A DNA stretch of 64,000 nucleotides from positions 40,860,001-40,924,000 of the forward strand of contig NW_024704743.1 in NCBI RefSeq assembly GCF_018977255.1. Direction: 5' to 3'. Positions within the stretch are counted from its first letter, which is position 1; every line of letters begins with the position of its first letter. The DNA comes from Callorhinchus milii (lineage: Eukaryota). Both the position numbers and the translations under genes were made by a program. The notes below the pieces were generated by a model. It was not told the origin of the DNA. It was given only the letters and a program-made list of their open reading frames with translations, and did not search any database. This document shows positions 39,965-53,064 of the stretch, in pieces.

Positions 39965-40520
39965 AAAGAAAGCCCTTCGGCTCATCCAATCTCATCCATC
40001 TATTCACAGCATGAATCTGCTTTTTGCGTGTGTTGAATGCCCTGACCTCTGCCACCTTTTCTGGCAACCTGTTCCAGTTGTTGATTATCCTCTGAATAAA
40101 TAAAAATGTCCTAGTATCTGTCCTAAAATTCTTTTTTACAACTCTAAACCTATGTCCTCATGTTCTACTGTCTTGTAACATCCTAGAATAGTGTTCTGGA
40201 TTTACTTTTTCAATCCAATTTAAAATATTGTACACCTATATGAGTTCACCTTGAGTCATCTTTGGTCAAGACTGAAGAGCCCTAGCTTGCTTAATCATTG
40301 CTCACAGCTCCTTCATCTAACACTGAAGATCAACCGCGTTGCTCTCCTCTCCACTGTCTCTTGAGCTGGGCAGCTCCTGAGGTCGTGGTGACCAGAACTG
40401 TGCGGTCTCAAAGTCCGGACTGACCAGAGCACTGCGTAGGGCATCTGGAGATTTAAACTCAACTAGTTTAGTAAAATAGACCAGCATCCTATCTGCTTTG
40501 TTTATTGCTGCCTCACACTC
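39965..40520 (-). mobile_element. Old CR1 3' fragment
   Basis: gaaagcccttcggctcatcc 3' UTR; ggtgaccagaactg (QFWSP motif on the minus strand). Confidence 0.7.
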
Positions 40521-41454
40521 AAACCAATTTTGGCTGGGATTCCTGAAAACATCACTTAAACATCATGCTCTCTGGGCGGCAATTGCAAAGCTGACCGCTG
40601 AAAGCTTCTGGCTGTTTTGAGAGCGCATATTATGGCAAAGTTGGGGAGGGGTTGTGGGTAGTGGGGGCACAAGCTTTACATGGTGGCTAGTCTTCAATTA
40701 TCAAAAGTTCATCCACAATTTTTGAAAATCATGACTAATGATAATTATTACTTCACATTGCACTTTTCATCCCTTTTTGCAGAATGCAGTCGGTTTTCAG
40801 GTAAATGATTGAGTTGTTTGCATTGTTCCTAAAATTTGTAAAAATTTAATTAAAGCTTTTTTTTAATTAATACTTATCCAATTAAGCGATACAAACATGA
40901 CAGATATTTGATAACACATGACAATATAAGCTGTCTTAAATAAAGTTCAAATACAAATAATTGACTCAAGCACAATACACACTGGCGCAATCTGTGCACA
41001 GGCAGTAATTACCTGAACTGTTGACAGTGAATAGCTCTGGTTGACTAATTTGAATGATTTACTCAATTATTCTATTTAGATATGTCAGCCAGTCCGTTAC
41101 TTAAACTTATGATAAAATATTTACTAAATAATGATCTGTCAACTTGTCAGATCTAAATCTACAACAATATAATATCCATTGTGTAAATGAAAATACAATC
41201 CTAATGCCTATTGCCTTCAATTACTCATCCACAAACACAACAATGTGTTATAAGACCGTTCCATGTAAACTCAGGATTCATCAAATCCATTAATTGTTGG
41301 ACTTTACTGAGTCCTTTATTGCTCATGAATTTCTGATTGGTATATTGTTAAGTACAAGCTGTTACCCACTCGAGTGAAACACTTGACAACATGCCACACA
41401 TCAAAAGAGATGCCCCTTTGTATATTAATATCAATCTTGACTTTCAGTACAGAG

Positions 41455-41962
41455 CATTTCAGATAAAGTGATTTACAGAATTTCCTGTAAAGTGGAACCA
41501 CTGTATTTTGTGGGCAAACTTGGCAGCCAATTTGTGCGCACCAATATTCCACATATACTCATGTAATAAATGACCATGTGAATTGCAATATGATAACCGG
41601 TGATATCACGTCACCAGTCACATTCTCTTTTCCTCTCCCGTGCTTCCCCTCCTCACCCCCCCTCTCATGCAATATTTTGCTGATTATAATAAAAATATTG
41701 TTCTGCAGGATGTAGTATTGCGGGGATTGTTTGCCAATGCTCCAATAGAAACTCCTTTCTCTTTTCGAATAGTGCAATGAAATCTTTGATGTCCACCCGT
41801 ACAAGCAGAGGGGGCCTTGGTTTGGTACGGCATTTCCAACACACCCCCGACACTGCATTGCAGTGTCATCTTAGACTACATGAATTTCAAATCCCAATGT
41901 GGAGCTCAAACCCACAGCTTTTGACTCAGGGGTGAGAATTGCTACCAGTTGAGCTCGGCTGA
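41455..41962 (-). mobile_element. Older full-Deu SINE with an internal 138-bp insertion (41572-41709)
   Basis: Deu core at 41500-41575, body at 41720-41880 and head (tgactcaggggtgag) at 41900-41960. Confidence 0.75.
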
Positions 41963-42115
41963 CATGCAATCTGAGTCAATGATGTGTTGAAGGCATTCGG
42001 AGGGATTTTATGATAAATGGGAACATCTGAAATATTTTAATGCATTATTTTGCTCTACAAAGAGCACAGATCTATCATGAGGCACTTTTGTTTAGAATAT
42101 GGTTGCACTGTGCAT

Positions 42116-43137
42116 CAACAACAACAACAAGATTCCATTTATAGAGCGCTTTTCACGTCGGGAGGACGTCCCAAGGCGCTGTACAATTGGGTCAGGACCC
42201 GAGCAGGGGGGAAATGGTTAGGGTGAGGGGAGGGAAGGGAGGGAGCGAGGAGGGGGGAAATGGTCAGGGTGAGGGGAGGGAAGGGAGGGAGCGAGGAGGG
42301 GGAAATGGTCAGGGTGAGGGGAGGGAAGGGAGGAAGCGAGGAAGGGGGAAACGGTCAGGGTGAGGGAGGGAGGGAGGGGAGCGAGGGGGGGTAGAGAGTC
42401 GAGAGGGGAGCTGAAGGCTCGGTCAAAGAGAAAGGTTTTGAGACCGGCCTTGAAGGAGGAGAGGGAGGAAGCGGCGAAGGCACTGGGGGATGGAGTTCCA
42501 GAGCCTGGGGGCTGAGAGGCTGAAGGCCCGACCACCAATGGTAGGGCGGTTGGGGCGGGGGATGTGGAGCAGACCGGAGCCGGAGGAATGGAGGGTACGG
42601 GCAGGTAGGTAGTGGGATAGTAGATTGGAGAGGTAGGAGGGAGCAAGGCCGTGAATGGCCTTGTAGATGGGGATGAGGATCTTGAATTCGATCCTCTGGG
42701 GGATGGGGAGCCAGTGGAGGCGAGCGAGGGTAGGAGTGATGTGGTCGTGAAGCCTGGTGCGGGACAGTACACGAGCTGCAGAGTTCTGAATGACCTGCAG
42801 CTTGTGGAGGGAGGTGCCGGGAAGGCCGGCGAGGAGAGAGTTCCCATAGTCCAGCCTTGAGGTGATAAAGGCGTGGACCAGGGTTTCAGCCGCGTGAGGG
42901 GTGAGGTAGTGCCGTAGTCTGGCGATATTCCGGAGGTGATGGAAGGCGGTGCCAGTTGTGGTGCGGATATGGGGGAGAAAGGACAGCTCAGGGTCGAACA
43001 AAACGCCGAGGTTCCTGACTGGCTTTGAGAGGTGGAGAGTGCAGCCTTGGATGCTGATGGTGTCAGCGTCTGAGGTGCGGAGGCGCTGACGTGAGCCAAT
43101 CAGGAGGGCCTCAGTTTTACGCACGTTGAGCTGAAGA
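42116..43137 (-). mobile_element. Young L2, 5' truncated, with complete 3' end
   Basis: Open 241-aa C-terminal ORF (42423..43148). Very high identity to positions 1-423. Tail ttttcacgtcgggaggacgtcccaaggcgct and (CAA)n. Confidence 0.95.
42205..42391 (+). repeat. G/A-rich minisatellite, about 4 x 46 bp, in the L2 3' UTR
   Basis: Unit aggggggaaatggtcagggtgaggggagggaagggagggagcgagg. Confidence 0.9.
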
Positions 43138-45474
43138 ACGAAAGTCACAAATAAGCCAAATGATAAATTACAATCTGCTTGTATTGAGTATTGAGAACTC
43201 AGCTTTTTAATGACAGCACTACCATATGTCTAAGAATATCTTTATAAACAGTTTGTGATAGCTGTGATAATTGTTCCCCGAAAATAGTGTAAATTTATGC
43301 CTGACTGAACGCTGACACTGACTTAACATTGAACACTGCACACAGGAGGAATGTTGCTTTTTTACTTTATGTGTGCTTTAAGAGGCAAGTGGAGCTGTTT
43401 CCTTAAGCAAGCTTCCATTCCTTATTATCATTTCCATGAATTGAAACAGCAGAAATGAATGCTGACAAACAACAATGTTTTTCAGTAACATATACAGTTC
43501 AATAACAACTGCAGTTGTTTCAATTCTGAATGGGCTTCTCCTGTGCCGTAAATGTCTATGTGTTTTATATTTCTTTCAAACAATGATATGGCAAGGCATT
43601 GGGAAGGATTTTATGATAAATTTGAGTATTTTAAATATTTTTTGATGTATTAGTGCATTCTACATAGAGTGTTAAATTGTGCTTCTTTATAGCGCAAATT
43701 GATTATAATGTAGTTACACTATGGACCCTATTCATTCTGCTGTATGTAGCCTCCTTTCCCAGTGTTCCAGCTGACATTTGTGTAAAAAATGGTTGACCTC
43801 AAGGTCATTAGGTTGACACTGACCTCACGTCCTGCTTTGTATCCCTGCAGCAAAACAGAACAAGACTTTGGTGGTCACCTGATATCTTGGATGTCGGTCG
43901 TTTTTTGTTTTTGCGTGGAAGGGGGAGGGGGATTGGAACAGGTTACAGGAAAGGTGGTTGTTTTACATAAGTCCACAGTGGACTCATTTAAAAAAACAGT
44001 TTGGGCTCTCTGGTGGGTGGGAAAAAGGCTATATTCGGTGAGAAGGAGATCAGGTGGAGATTTTACATTCAAACTATGATCTTCTATGATGGATTAGGAC
44101 CTGAAAGTTAAATTACAGACTGTACATTACAGAGTGTTTAAGGTGTATACCTGTTCCTCAAAATCTAAGATATTCATTGATCATATTTTGATAGATGATA
44201 ATTTCTGTAACACTCTGTTAACAATGCAACATAATCGATTGCCCCACACCAATGTTCAAAGTTCAAATCAATGTTAGTAGTTTGTCAAAAATTGGCATTT
44301 TGGAATTGGAAATGGGACCAGCTAAAAGTGGTGCCTCGGGTATCCATAACACTACATCAACCTTTCAAACATAAATGTAACATTTAAAAAAACCCAGATG
44401 GCATGTTGCATCCAGTTCACATTTATAATGTCAGAAAGCTCCTGTCTATATTTAGAAATGTTGCTGGCAGCTGCAGACCGGTAAGAGGAGCTGCCCACAT
44501 ATTTTTAAGTACACAGGCGAGAGTTATGTTTCCCCAGTTGGAGAACAATATAAGTTCACAACCTGCCTACTTACACTGCTCTCACACGCACTCCCATCAC
44601 TGTACTGTGTTGCATTTCAATACAGTTTTCCTTTAGAGCAGTCAGAACTTTCAAGACTCTCGATTGTAATGCAAATATTCACAGCATATTGTATTGGTTG
44701 CTTAACCTGCTAACATCTTCAACATGATCATTTCCCACCATTAGAATTCATATCAAAACATATCATATATTACCCAAGTTGAAAGCATGACATTTTAACA
44801 ATTATGGGGGTGAAAATAATAACTTGTGATATCTTAATAATGTTGTTAATTTACATATATTTGAAAATGCAGCCTATCTTTATTTATTAACTGGCTGTAC
44901 CCATTGGAGCTACGCTTGCAACCAAAGGATCCAATATGGAAGGTAGATTTCAGTGATACCACTCACAAACCATTTAACTAAACACTGTGAACACCTTAAT
45001 CAAAACATGTATGATGAGCTTGTTTAGGTCATAGCTCATCAATGGTAGGAGACACCTCCAAAATAATATGATTGTTATACTCCCCTATGCAAGATCTTTC
45101 AGATGAGGTAAAAATCCTGTCTTTATGTCAATCAGTTATTGCATTCTTGGCGGACAGACATTCCGTCTTTATTAGTATGGATTTATTATTTTTTTAATAA
45201 TGTGTCTCACAATATCCCACAAATAGCCATAAAGTGACCAATTTTATCAGAGACATTGTTGTTCAGAACAGCAGAAGAGACAACCTTCTCTTTTTGAATG
45301 GTGCCATGGGATTTTTAACATATCAATCTAAACAAGTAAGCGGGACTTTGATTTAATGTCTCATCTGAAAGGCGACAACACTGACAGTTCAGGACATTCC
45401 CAGCATTCCATTGCAGTGTCAACCTAGACTGTGAGATCAAAGATGTAGAGCTAATTCAGTGGTGAGCGCCTCAA

Positions 45475-47013
45475 TACAAAACAAAAAAATGACATTTGTA
45501 AAGCACATTTCACATTGGGAGGTCGTCCCAAGCCATTGGACAATCAGTGCTTCGGGCCCGAGTTGGGGGTCAGGATCGGGGAGAGTGGAGAGGAGGGTGA
45601 GAAGGAGGGTGATCGAAGGCACAGTCAAAGAGGAGGGTCTTGACACGGGTCTTGAAGAAGGCAAGGAAGAGGCCGAGCTGGAGGGACTGCAGGCTGGAGT
45701 TCCAGAGGGTGGGAGCAGAGTGGCAAAAGGCCCACCCGCCAATATTGGGGTGGGTGAAGTGGGGAAAGTGAAGCAGGCCGAAGCCCGCTGAGTGCAGGGA
45801 GTGGGCAGGTTGGTAAGGGGTTATGAGGTCGCAGAGCGAAGGGGGAGCGAGGCCATAGAGGCCTTTGAAAGTGAGGACCAGGATCTTGAACTGTATCCTC
45901 TGTGTGATGGGAAGCCAGTAGAGTCGAGCAAAGATGGGGTGATAGGATCGCGAAGCCTGGTGTGGGAGACGACATGAGCTGCTGAGTTCTGGATGATCTG
46001 CAGCCTATGGAGGGAGGAGTTGGGGAGGCTGACAAATGGGGAGTTTGCGTAGTCGAGCCTGGATGTTATGAATGTGTGTATGAGGATCTCGGCAGCCTCC
46101 GGTGTGAGACAGTGGCAGAGCCAAGCAACGTTGCGGAGGTAGGAAAAGGTGGAGCGGGTCATGGCACAGATGTGGGGCATGAAGGACATTTGAGGGTCGA
46201 ACGGGATGTCGAGTTTCCATATTGGCTCTGTGAGATGTAGCGGGAGATGTTATCAGCGTCCGAGGTGTGGAGGCGCTGATGGGAGCCAAGCAGAATAGCC
46301 TGAGTCTTGTTGACATTCAACTACAGGAAGTTAGCTTTCATCCAGGACTTCATGTCCTACAGGCAATCTGTGAGGACAGCAGTCGTCCTGGAATCGCAGA
46401 TGGAGGCAAAGAGGTAGAGTTGGATTTCATCCGCATATGTGTGGAAGTTGATCCCATGTTTGCGGATGATGTCACCAAGGGGGAGCATATGGATATTGAA
46501 AAGAAAAAAGTCAAGGACAGAGCCACAAGGGATACCACATGTGATGGTGCACGGGCTGGAGGAAAAGCCGTTGTGGATTCCTGTAGCTCAGTGGTTAGAG
46601 CACTTGCCTTGCAAGCGAGACACCTGAGTTCAATTCCAGGCAAGTTTCAGTGGTTCAATTCCTTGGGCAAGTTTCCTTACTCCACACGCCTAATAATAAT
46701 CCCTCCAAAACAAAACAACAATAAATTGGTCATTTCAATCCACGACTGTTTGTTGGACATTGCTGTGCGCAATTGGCTGCTGCGTTTCGCCCACAAATAT
46801 AGAGTCAATTCACTTTACAGTCTATTCTGTGAAGTGCTTTGAGATGTCGAGAAGCCGTGAAAAGCGCTATATCAAATGCAAGGATTATTATTATTATTAT
46901 TAATGGCGACAAAGTGGAGACGGTGGGAGAAGTAGGATTCAAACCAGGCAAGGGTATATCAGCGAAGATTGAGCTGAGAGAAGGGACTGTGTAGGAGGAT
47001 AGAATGGTCGACA
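45475..47013 (-). mobile_element. L2 5'-truncated copy interrupted by a SINE
   Basis: ILIHTFITSRLDYAN motif and a YADE motif near 46437. RT sequence continues at 46903-47013. Confidence 0.9.
46573..46902 (+). mobile_element. tRNA/Deu SINE, short body with old-type tail, nested in L2
   Basis: Full head to (TTA)n tail. Confidence 0.9.
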
Positions 47014-47941
47014 ATAAAGACATCGAGTAACACAATACAATACAAAAAATACAAAATTGCATTTGTATAGCACCTTTATATCAGGAGGACGTCTCAAGGC
47101 TCTTAATATTGATAATTAGCAATAACTAACACATGCAAGTTTGCGAATTTGCACTTCATTGACACTTTGCAATGTTTGTTATGCCAACTTGGTGCTGCAT
47201 AATAGTGCAGATTTGTATTGCAGCTGATATTGTCATGATTATTACAGCTCATTTATTTTTCTCTGACATATAATCGTTGTCTCTCGGTGGATGATCCATG
47301 AGGATTTTCATCTCACATCACAAGTGGGGCTGTAGAAATACGCCACAGGCAGGGAGTTGATAGAGTGATGCATGATTGACCATGGTAAACAGTGACATTA
47401 CATTAATTTTATTGACTGACACAACATCTTTGATGGATTAGAGACTTTAGGGATGAGCTTGCTTTGGCAAGTCTGAATCTTAATTTCTAATTTGAATTCA
47501 AAAATTTACATGAGTTAAATGGTTGCCTAAAACAGCGACTTCTGAATCAGGAGTCACCACTACCTCTAACAGCCAGTGAAGTAGACCTCATCTCAAGTTT
47601 GTGAGTTCAGTAAAATGTGAACATATCCTAAATCATCCAACGTGATTCATTCATTCAGATTGAGACAAAGCCATAGAAGGGAGCCCTGGAGGAAATACAT
47701 TATGTGCAATAAAGAACAATAAGTATGATATATCGATGAGTTGAACAAATGCATCACAGTAATATAACACAGAAATAATAATCCTTACATGTGACATAAC
47801 ATCTTTCACATCAGGAGGACATCACAAAGCACTTCACAGCATATCTCCTAAAGTGTTGTTACTGTGCATGTTTGTTTGGTAGATGAGGAGGTGTTCCCTT
47901 TGGGAATGATTACAAAGCAGTGATCTCCCCAGGAAAATTAT

Positions 47942-48182
47942 TGGGGAGAAATTCCACCTGTCCTTAGATTGATTCTGTTTATGTAGCATATTAGAACATC
48001 AAAAATTGAAAAATTCTTAAATACAGCTTCAATTTTGAAGGCAGATCTTTGACAAATAATTAAGAAAATTATAGAAAACTGATAATAGAATTAAGACTGA
48101 ATTCAACGATTCGCTAAATTTTGGACACTGAAATGCAACATAAATAGAGTGAATCTGGACCCAGGTGGATTATCTGCCCCCA
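47942..48182. mobile_element. Second copy of the long-TIR MITE-like family
   Basis: tggggagaaattccacctg...ttagattgattctg at the left end and agagtgaatctggacccaggtggattatctgcccca at the right. Confidence 0.7.
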
Positions 48183-48754
48183 TGATCTACAGTTGCCATA
48201 TCACAGACACTCCAAGATGCTAAGGTGTTATATAAATACAAGTTGTTGTTCTTGATGTGGACTAAGTTCTATTCTGTCTGGAAAAATTGGTGAATTTGTC
48301 CCTGTGCTCGCATAAACATTCTGTAAATGTTATATTGCAACATGGCATTCTGATTGCTTAATTAAGTTATATTTCTGAAATTAAAATCATTAGAATTTCA
48401 CTGTTTAGTATTTACGTGTGTTCGTGTATGTGTGGTGTGGGGGGGGGGGGGGTCGGGGTGCAGGGGGACTCTCCTTTCCCTAGGGTATCACTGACATTAA
48501 TTCACAAACGCTAACTAGGCTGACTACAATTCCAATATCTCACTCACTTTTTCTGGAGAGAGGGTCAATGCCCTTACCCTGTTAATCCTCAAGCTGTAGC
48601 TGTTGATCGACTGTCAAAGCAGCTTTTAAAACCAATCGCGATAACTTTTTTTTAAAATGCTGTTCCCACCTTCCAGAGAAAAACAAATGTGAGAAACAAA
48701 GTTTGAGATGGAAGGAGCCTGAACATATTTTGGAATAAGGATACAAGAACACCA

Positions 48755-49470
48755 CCAATAATAATAATTTGCACTTATAAGCGGTTTACACATAAGATTC
48801 CATCTCAAAGTACTTTACAGAGTCACAGATTGAACTGGGAGGGAAATAGGTGGTATAAGTGGTCAAATGCACAGTTAAATACATATATTTTGAAACAGTT
48901 TTGAAAGCGGAGAGGGAGTGAGCAAGGTAAGAGGGATTTCAGAACAGAGCTCCAGAGGGTCAGGACAAAGTGGCTGAAAGCTCACTTGCTGATGGTGGGG
49001 CTGATTGAGCGGGAATTGTGAAGTAGGTCAGAGTTGGTGAAATGAAAATGTATTTGCATCACAAGAGGTCACAGGGATAAGGTATGGCAAGGTCGTGGAT
49101 GCATTTGAAGTTGAGGATGTGGATTGCAACGTTGATTTGAAGGGCTACAGGTAGCTGGGGGAGCTGGGCAAGCAAAGGCTCAGGGAATTTACTGGTGGGG
49201 GAAAAAGGAGGCTGTAGAGTTTTGGATGATCTGGAGCTTGTTGAGGGTAGAGCTGTGGAGGCTGGCAAGCAAGACATTGGAAAAATCGAGAACAGAAGTG
49301 ATAAAGCCATTGATGAAGGTTTTGGCTGTATTGTAAGTGGGATTGTGGTGGAAGAGGGCGATGTTGTGAAGATGGAGGAAAGCCGGCATGGTCAGAACCT
49401 GAATGATAGAGGCTTGAACTGGAGACGAGGGTTGAATAAAATGGCAACGTTTCAGACCTCACTCTATGAG
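48755..49470 (-). mobile_element. Old L2 3' fragment
   Basis: AFLHLHNIA...LDFSNVLLA...KLQIIQN in ORF 49189..49389. Confidence 0.75.
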
Positions 49471-51485
49471 TCGGAGTGATCAAACAAGGAAAAAGGGTGG
49501 AAAATAAATTTCAAACATTTTTAAAATACAGAGAAAGAATAAGAAAGCAAAAATACTGCAGAATGTGGGAACAATGGAAGTACAGATGTAGGTTTCAAAT
49601 TACTCAATTTTACTTTACTTAGGGATTTCTGTACACATTTTGTGGCTTAAATTCAATATTCCAGTAATAAAGTTTTTACTCAAGCACGAGTGGATTTATT
49701 ACTGTAATAATAGTTGTTTTTTCAGCATTAAAGTCCTTGAAATGAAAATGTGCACTCAACACCCAAAGACATGAGTCGACATGACCTATTGACTCATGAA
49801 GTGCTGGACACAGTGATTTACACCCTCTTCCACAGATAAACTGTTTCTTTATATATATCTACTGATATCTGCTAAACTAACCATAAATTTTCTAAGATTA
49901 TGTAGCTTAAAAATGACACCATTTTGTTATGCTGAATTAAAGAAAAGTGTGTCTAATATTTTTTCTAATGTTCTCCCTACTGACAAACATTTTTCTGTTC
50001 CTGGTATCGCATCCTCTCTGCTCCTGGTCTGACCTTCTCTTGCTGGAGCGTGGTCACACAGCATGGGATATCCTCTGGTATGCTGCCCAAATGGCCATTG
50101 CTCATGTGTGAGCCTTGGCAGTGATTGCAAAGGATGTCAAAGCAAGCCTGGCCTTTAGCTTGCTGGCTGTCACGCGTGCACCAGCAGAGGAGGCAGAAGA
50201 AAGGCCAAGAGTACGAAACTAAGCTGTTTTTCCCTTACTAAATCTGGGAGGACCAGGTCAGTTTAGTCTTCCCGTGGCCAGTAACATCAGTAAAATCAGG
50301 GTGTTGAACTTGTGAGTTCCTGGTCTGTAAGTGCTGAATTTTGTAAAATCAGGGAACGTGTGCATAATTAATTTGTTTTTTCATAGAATATCTTATTAAT
50401 ACAAAAAGCATTTGACTGTAAGATGGTTCTGTGTTCGATATCATATCAGGATGGGGGAAGAATATGTGCCTTCTATTCGTTTGCATGTGTATTGATCAGT
50501 CTTATGACATCACAGCAGTTTCTTTCAAAACATTGTCCTGGCAGTCAGAACATGTCCAGAACAGCACATCCTATCATTTCAGTCACCACTTGAGGTACAT
50601 TTATATGAACACCTTTCCCATTGGGAGGACGTCCCAAGACACAGAGATCAGAGTAAGAATCTTGTTGTGTTTTGGTTTAATGCAAAATAAAATTATATTG
50701 TGTGAATTCTGCATTTTTGTGACTAGGGATGATTGGAAAAAAGCTACCGATCATGCTCTTGCATTTTATTGCTTTATTATATTATTGTATGACCCTTGGT
50801 TTGTCCACATTTTGCTAATGGTCCATTCTACAACAGTTGCTAAATGTCTAATTGTGCTTTCTAAAAGTCGGCAAAGAGCAAAAAATAAAAGGCCTGAAAG
50901 TAAAATGGTTGCTTTAGAGTTTATCCTAGTTGTGTAGGACTAAATAGTCCAACTCTTTGAAACACAAATGGTGATACCATTTCAAGTCAGGTTCTTTGGG
51001 AGACACATTTACTGGAAGACTTCAGTTGCTTGGGCTGTTTCACTCACTGGCAAGGCAGCTGAGCTCTGACAAGCGTATCACACATAAGAAAGACTGCTGA
51101 GCTCAACCTGTGACCAAAATTATGTGAAAGCTACATTTAACATTGTGCAGCTGAGCCCTGTAACAACCAGTGAACTCTTGTACCTAAGCATCAATATGGG
51201 TCCTTAGCAAACCACAGCTTGAGACCCTGTCAAACTTCCATCACATATATAGCAGCAAATTGAACCCGATCTGTAGAGGTTGGATAAATCAGCTTCAAGC
51301 CATTCTACTGCCTGAAGTTATTAAATATTCAGTCACTATCTCTCTGTGTGTCTTATTAATGACTCAGCCAGTGTTTCAGCACAAATTCTAAAGTATTATG
51401 CAAGCAGCATTTATCACAACATACACAATATAAAGTAAAACAAAGTTTTTGATAAATTAAATTAAATGTCATTTGTTTTGCTTAC

Positions 51486-51739
51486 CTGACAGGACTGTTG
51501 CTGACATCAGAATCCTGTGCTGTAACCGCACCTATAATGCTGCCCACATTGGTATCTTCATACACATCCATGATGTAAAAGGCTCTGCTGAACACTGGTG
51601 GTTCATCCACATCAACAACAGTGATCTTCACTGTTGCTGTGTCTTTGAAAGGACCCATGGACTGGAAGCGATGATCAGGGTGTGGATCCACAGCATCAAC
51701 TTTGAATATGTATGACTTTTTATTTTCATAGTCCAGAGG
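51486..51739 (-). CDS. cdh12: Cadherin-12-like coding exon (254 bp), EC3/EC4 junction
   Basis: Acceptor ttccaaag, donor gtaag. Encodes [85 protein letters not shown] (ORF 51482..51757), with LDYE, DVDEPP and AxDxD calcium-binding motifs. Phase 0 to 2. Confidence 0.95.
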
Positions 51740-52876
51740 CTTTGGAAAGGAAAACACAAAGTGCCAATTAACAAAAGAGGTATTAAAGGTGACATTGCAA
51801 CAATTGACACTGAAACTGTTGCAATAATTAATATTTCAGGTCAAACTTTATAAAGGCACAACTGAGGTTTTCAGTATCTGAAAAAAAGATATGTTTGTGC
51901 AAGTGCTGTATTTTCAAAAATGTAACACATACAGATAACAAACATTACTAAGTAATTATCACAGATACAAACAATTACTACAGTATAATCTATTGACTAG
52001 CTTTATACTGCATACCCCCATGAGATTGATGGATCACTGGATTTTGTACTATAGTAGGTTATTTGATGAGAAATCAAAGCTCATAGTTTTATCTGATTGA
52101 CAACACAAATTATTGACATAATAATAATTTGATATAATCACTTTCCTAAAGGGAAAGATATCTCAAATGACGTCACAAGATTTATTGTAAAAATCAGTAT
52201 CTGTTTATTTTGTCGGCAAACATATAATTGTTATCAGATAGAAAATAAACGCAAATTTGCATGAAAACATTCTTGACACATTGTGAAACACATTGAAATG
52301 GCTAGAAGAATGAACAGACACGAATAAACCAAGATCATGTGTCAGATGAGGAATTTGTCCATACTGTGTGTGCTTGATGTCAAAATTTAGTTCAATCTGG
52401 GCTTTCATGGGAGTATAATCAAGTGATAACAGTGAATCAAACTTCAAGAAAGGAGAAGTATATACGGAATGAGAAACTGAGAGCATTATTTGCCAAAGAA
52501 ACAAACAAAAATAGAAAGCAGTGAACAGCATCAAAAATCGGTCAAAAGAAGAACGAAAAAGGCTAATAAATGTCTTTTCATTTAATATGTTGCCTATGAG
52601 GTTGAAACATCTCACAGTGCTACATAGGTTATTAATATCAAGTGCAGCACTCCATATTTGTTGGCAGAATGAAGGAGCACGGGTGAACAAAGGAAAAGTC
52701 ATAATTTTAGGGTTGTTCAGCAGGTGAAGTTTTCTGTAGTTTGTTATGTGAATAAAAATCTTAGAAACATGAGATCAGGAGGAGATATTCAACATTTCAT
52801 GAACTGATTAGGCTACAAGCGTGACATCTGGCTTGGGCTCCTTTTTTATTTCACTTTAAACATTAATCACCCTGAC

Positions 52877-53064
52877 CTTTTTCAAATGTATAACTCCTTC
52901 TTGCGTGCTCTTGTCAGAGGTAATGTCAAACACGTTCAATCCATCTCCAGGAACGATGCTGTAGTCTATCTCAGCATTCTTCCCAATATCAGCGTCATTG
53001 GCTTTTATTCTGCCGATAGCTGATCCCACTGGGGAGGATTCAGGAACCTTCAGGTGGAAGATAT
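52877..53064 (-). CDS. cdh12: Cadherin-12-like coding exon (188 bp), N-terminal part of EC3
   Basis: Acceptor ctttcag, donor gtcagg. Translates [63 protein letters not shown], close to CDH12 as I recall it ([20 protein letters not shown]...TQEGVIKLKK). Phase 1 to 0. Not in the ORF track; translated by hand. Confidence 0.93.

Noticed and set aside
42205..42391. CRISPR-like array
   Set aside because: Tandem units without unique spacers, in a vertebrate LINE UTR.
42218..43099. 293-aa Ser/Pro-rich ORF and similar Gly-rich antisense ORFs
   Set aside because: Alternative frames of compositionally skewed L2 sequence.
52205..52702. 165-aa ORF (and the 168-aa ORF at 50431..50937)
   Set aside because: AT-rich intronic sequence, non-ATG starts and no recognisable domain; consistent with chance ORFs.
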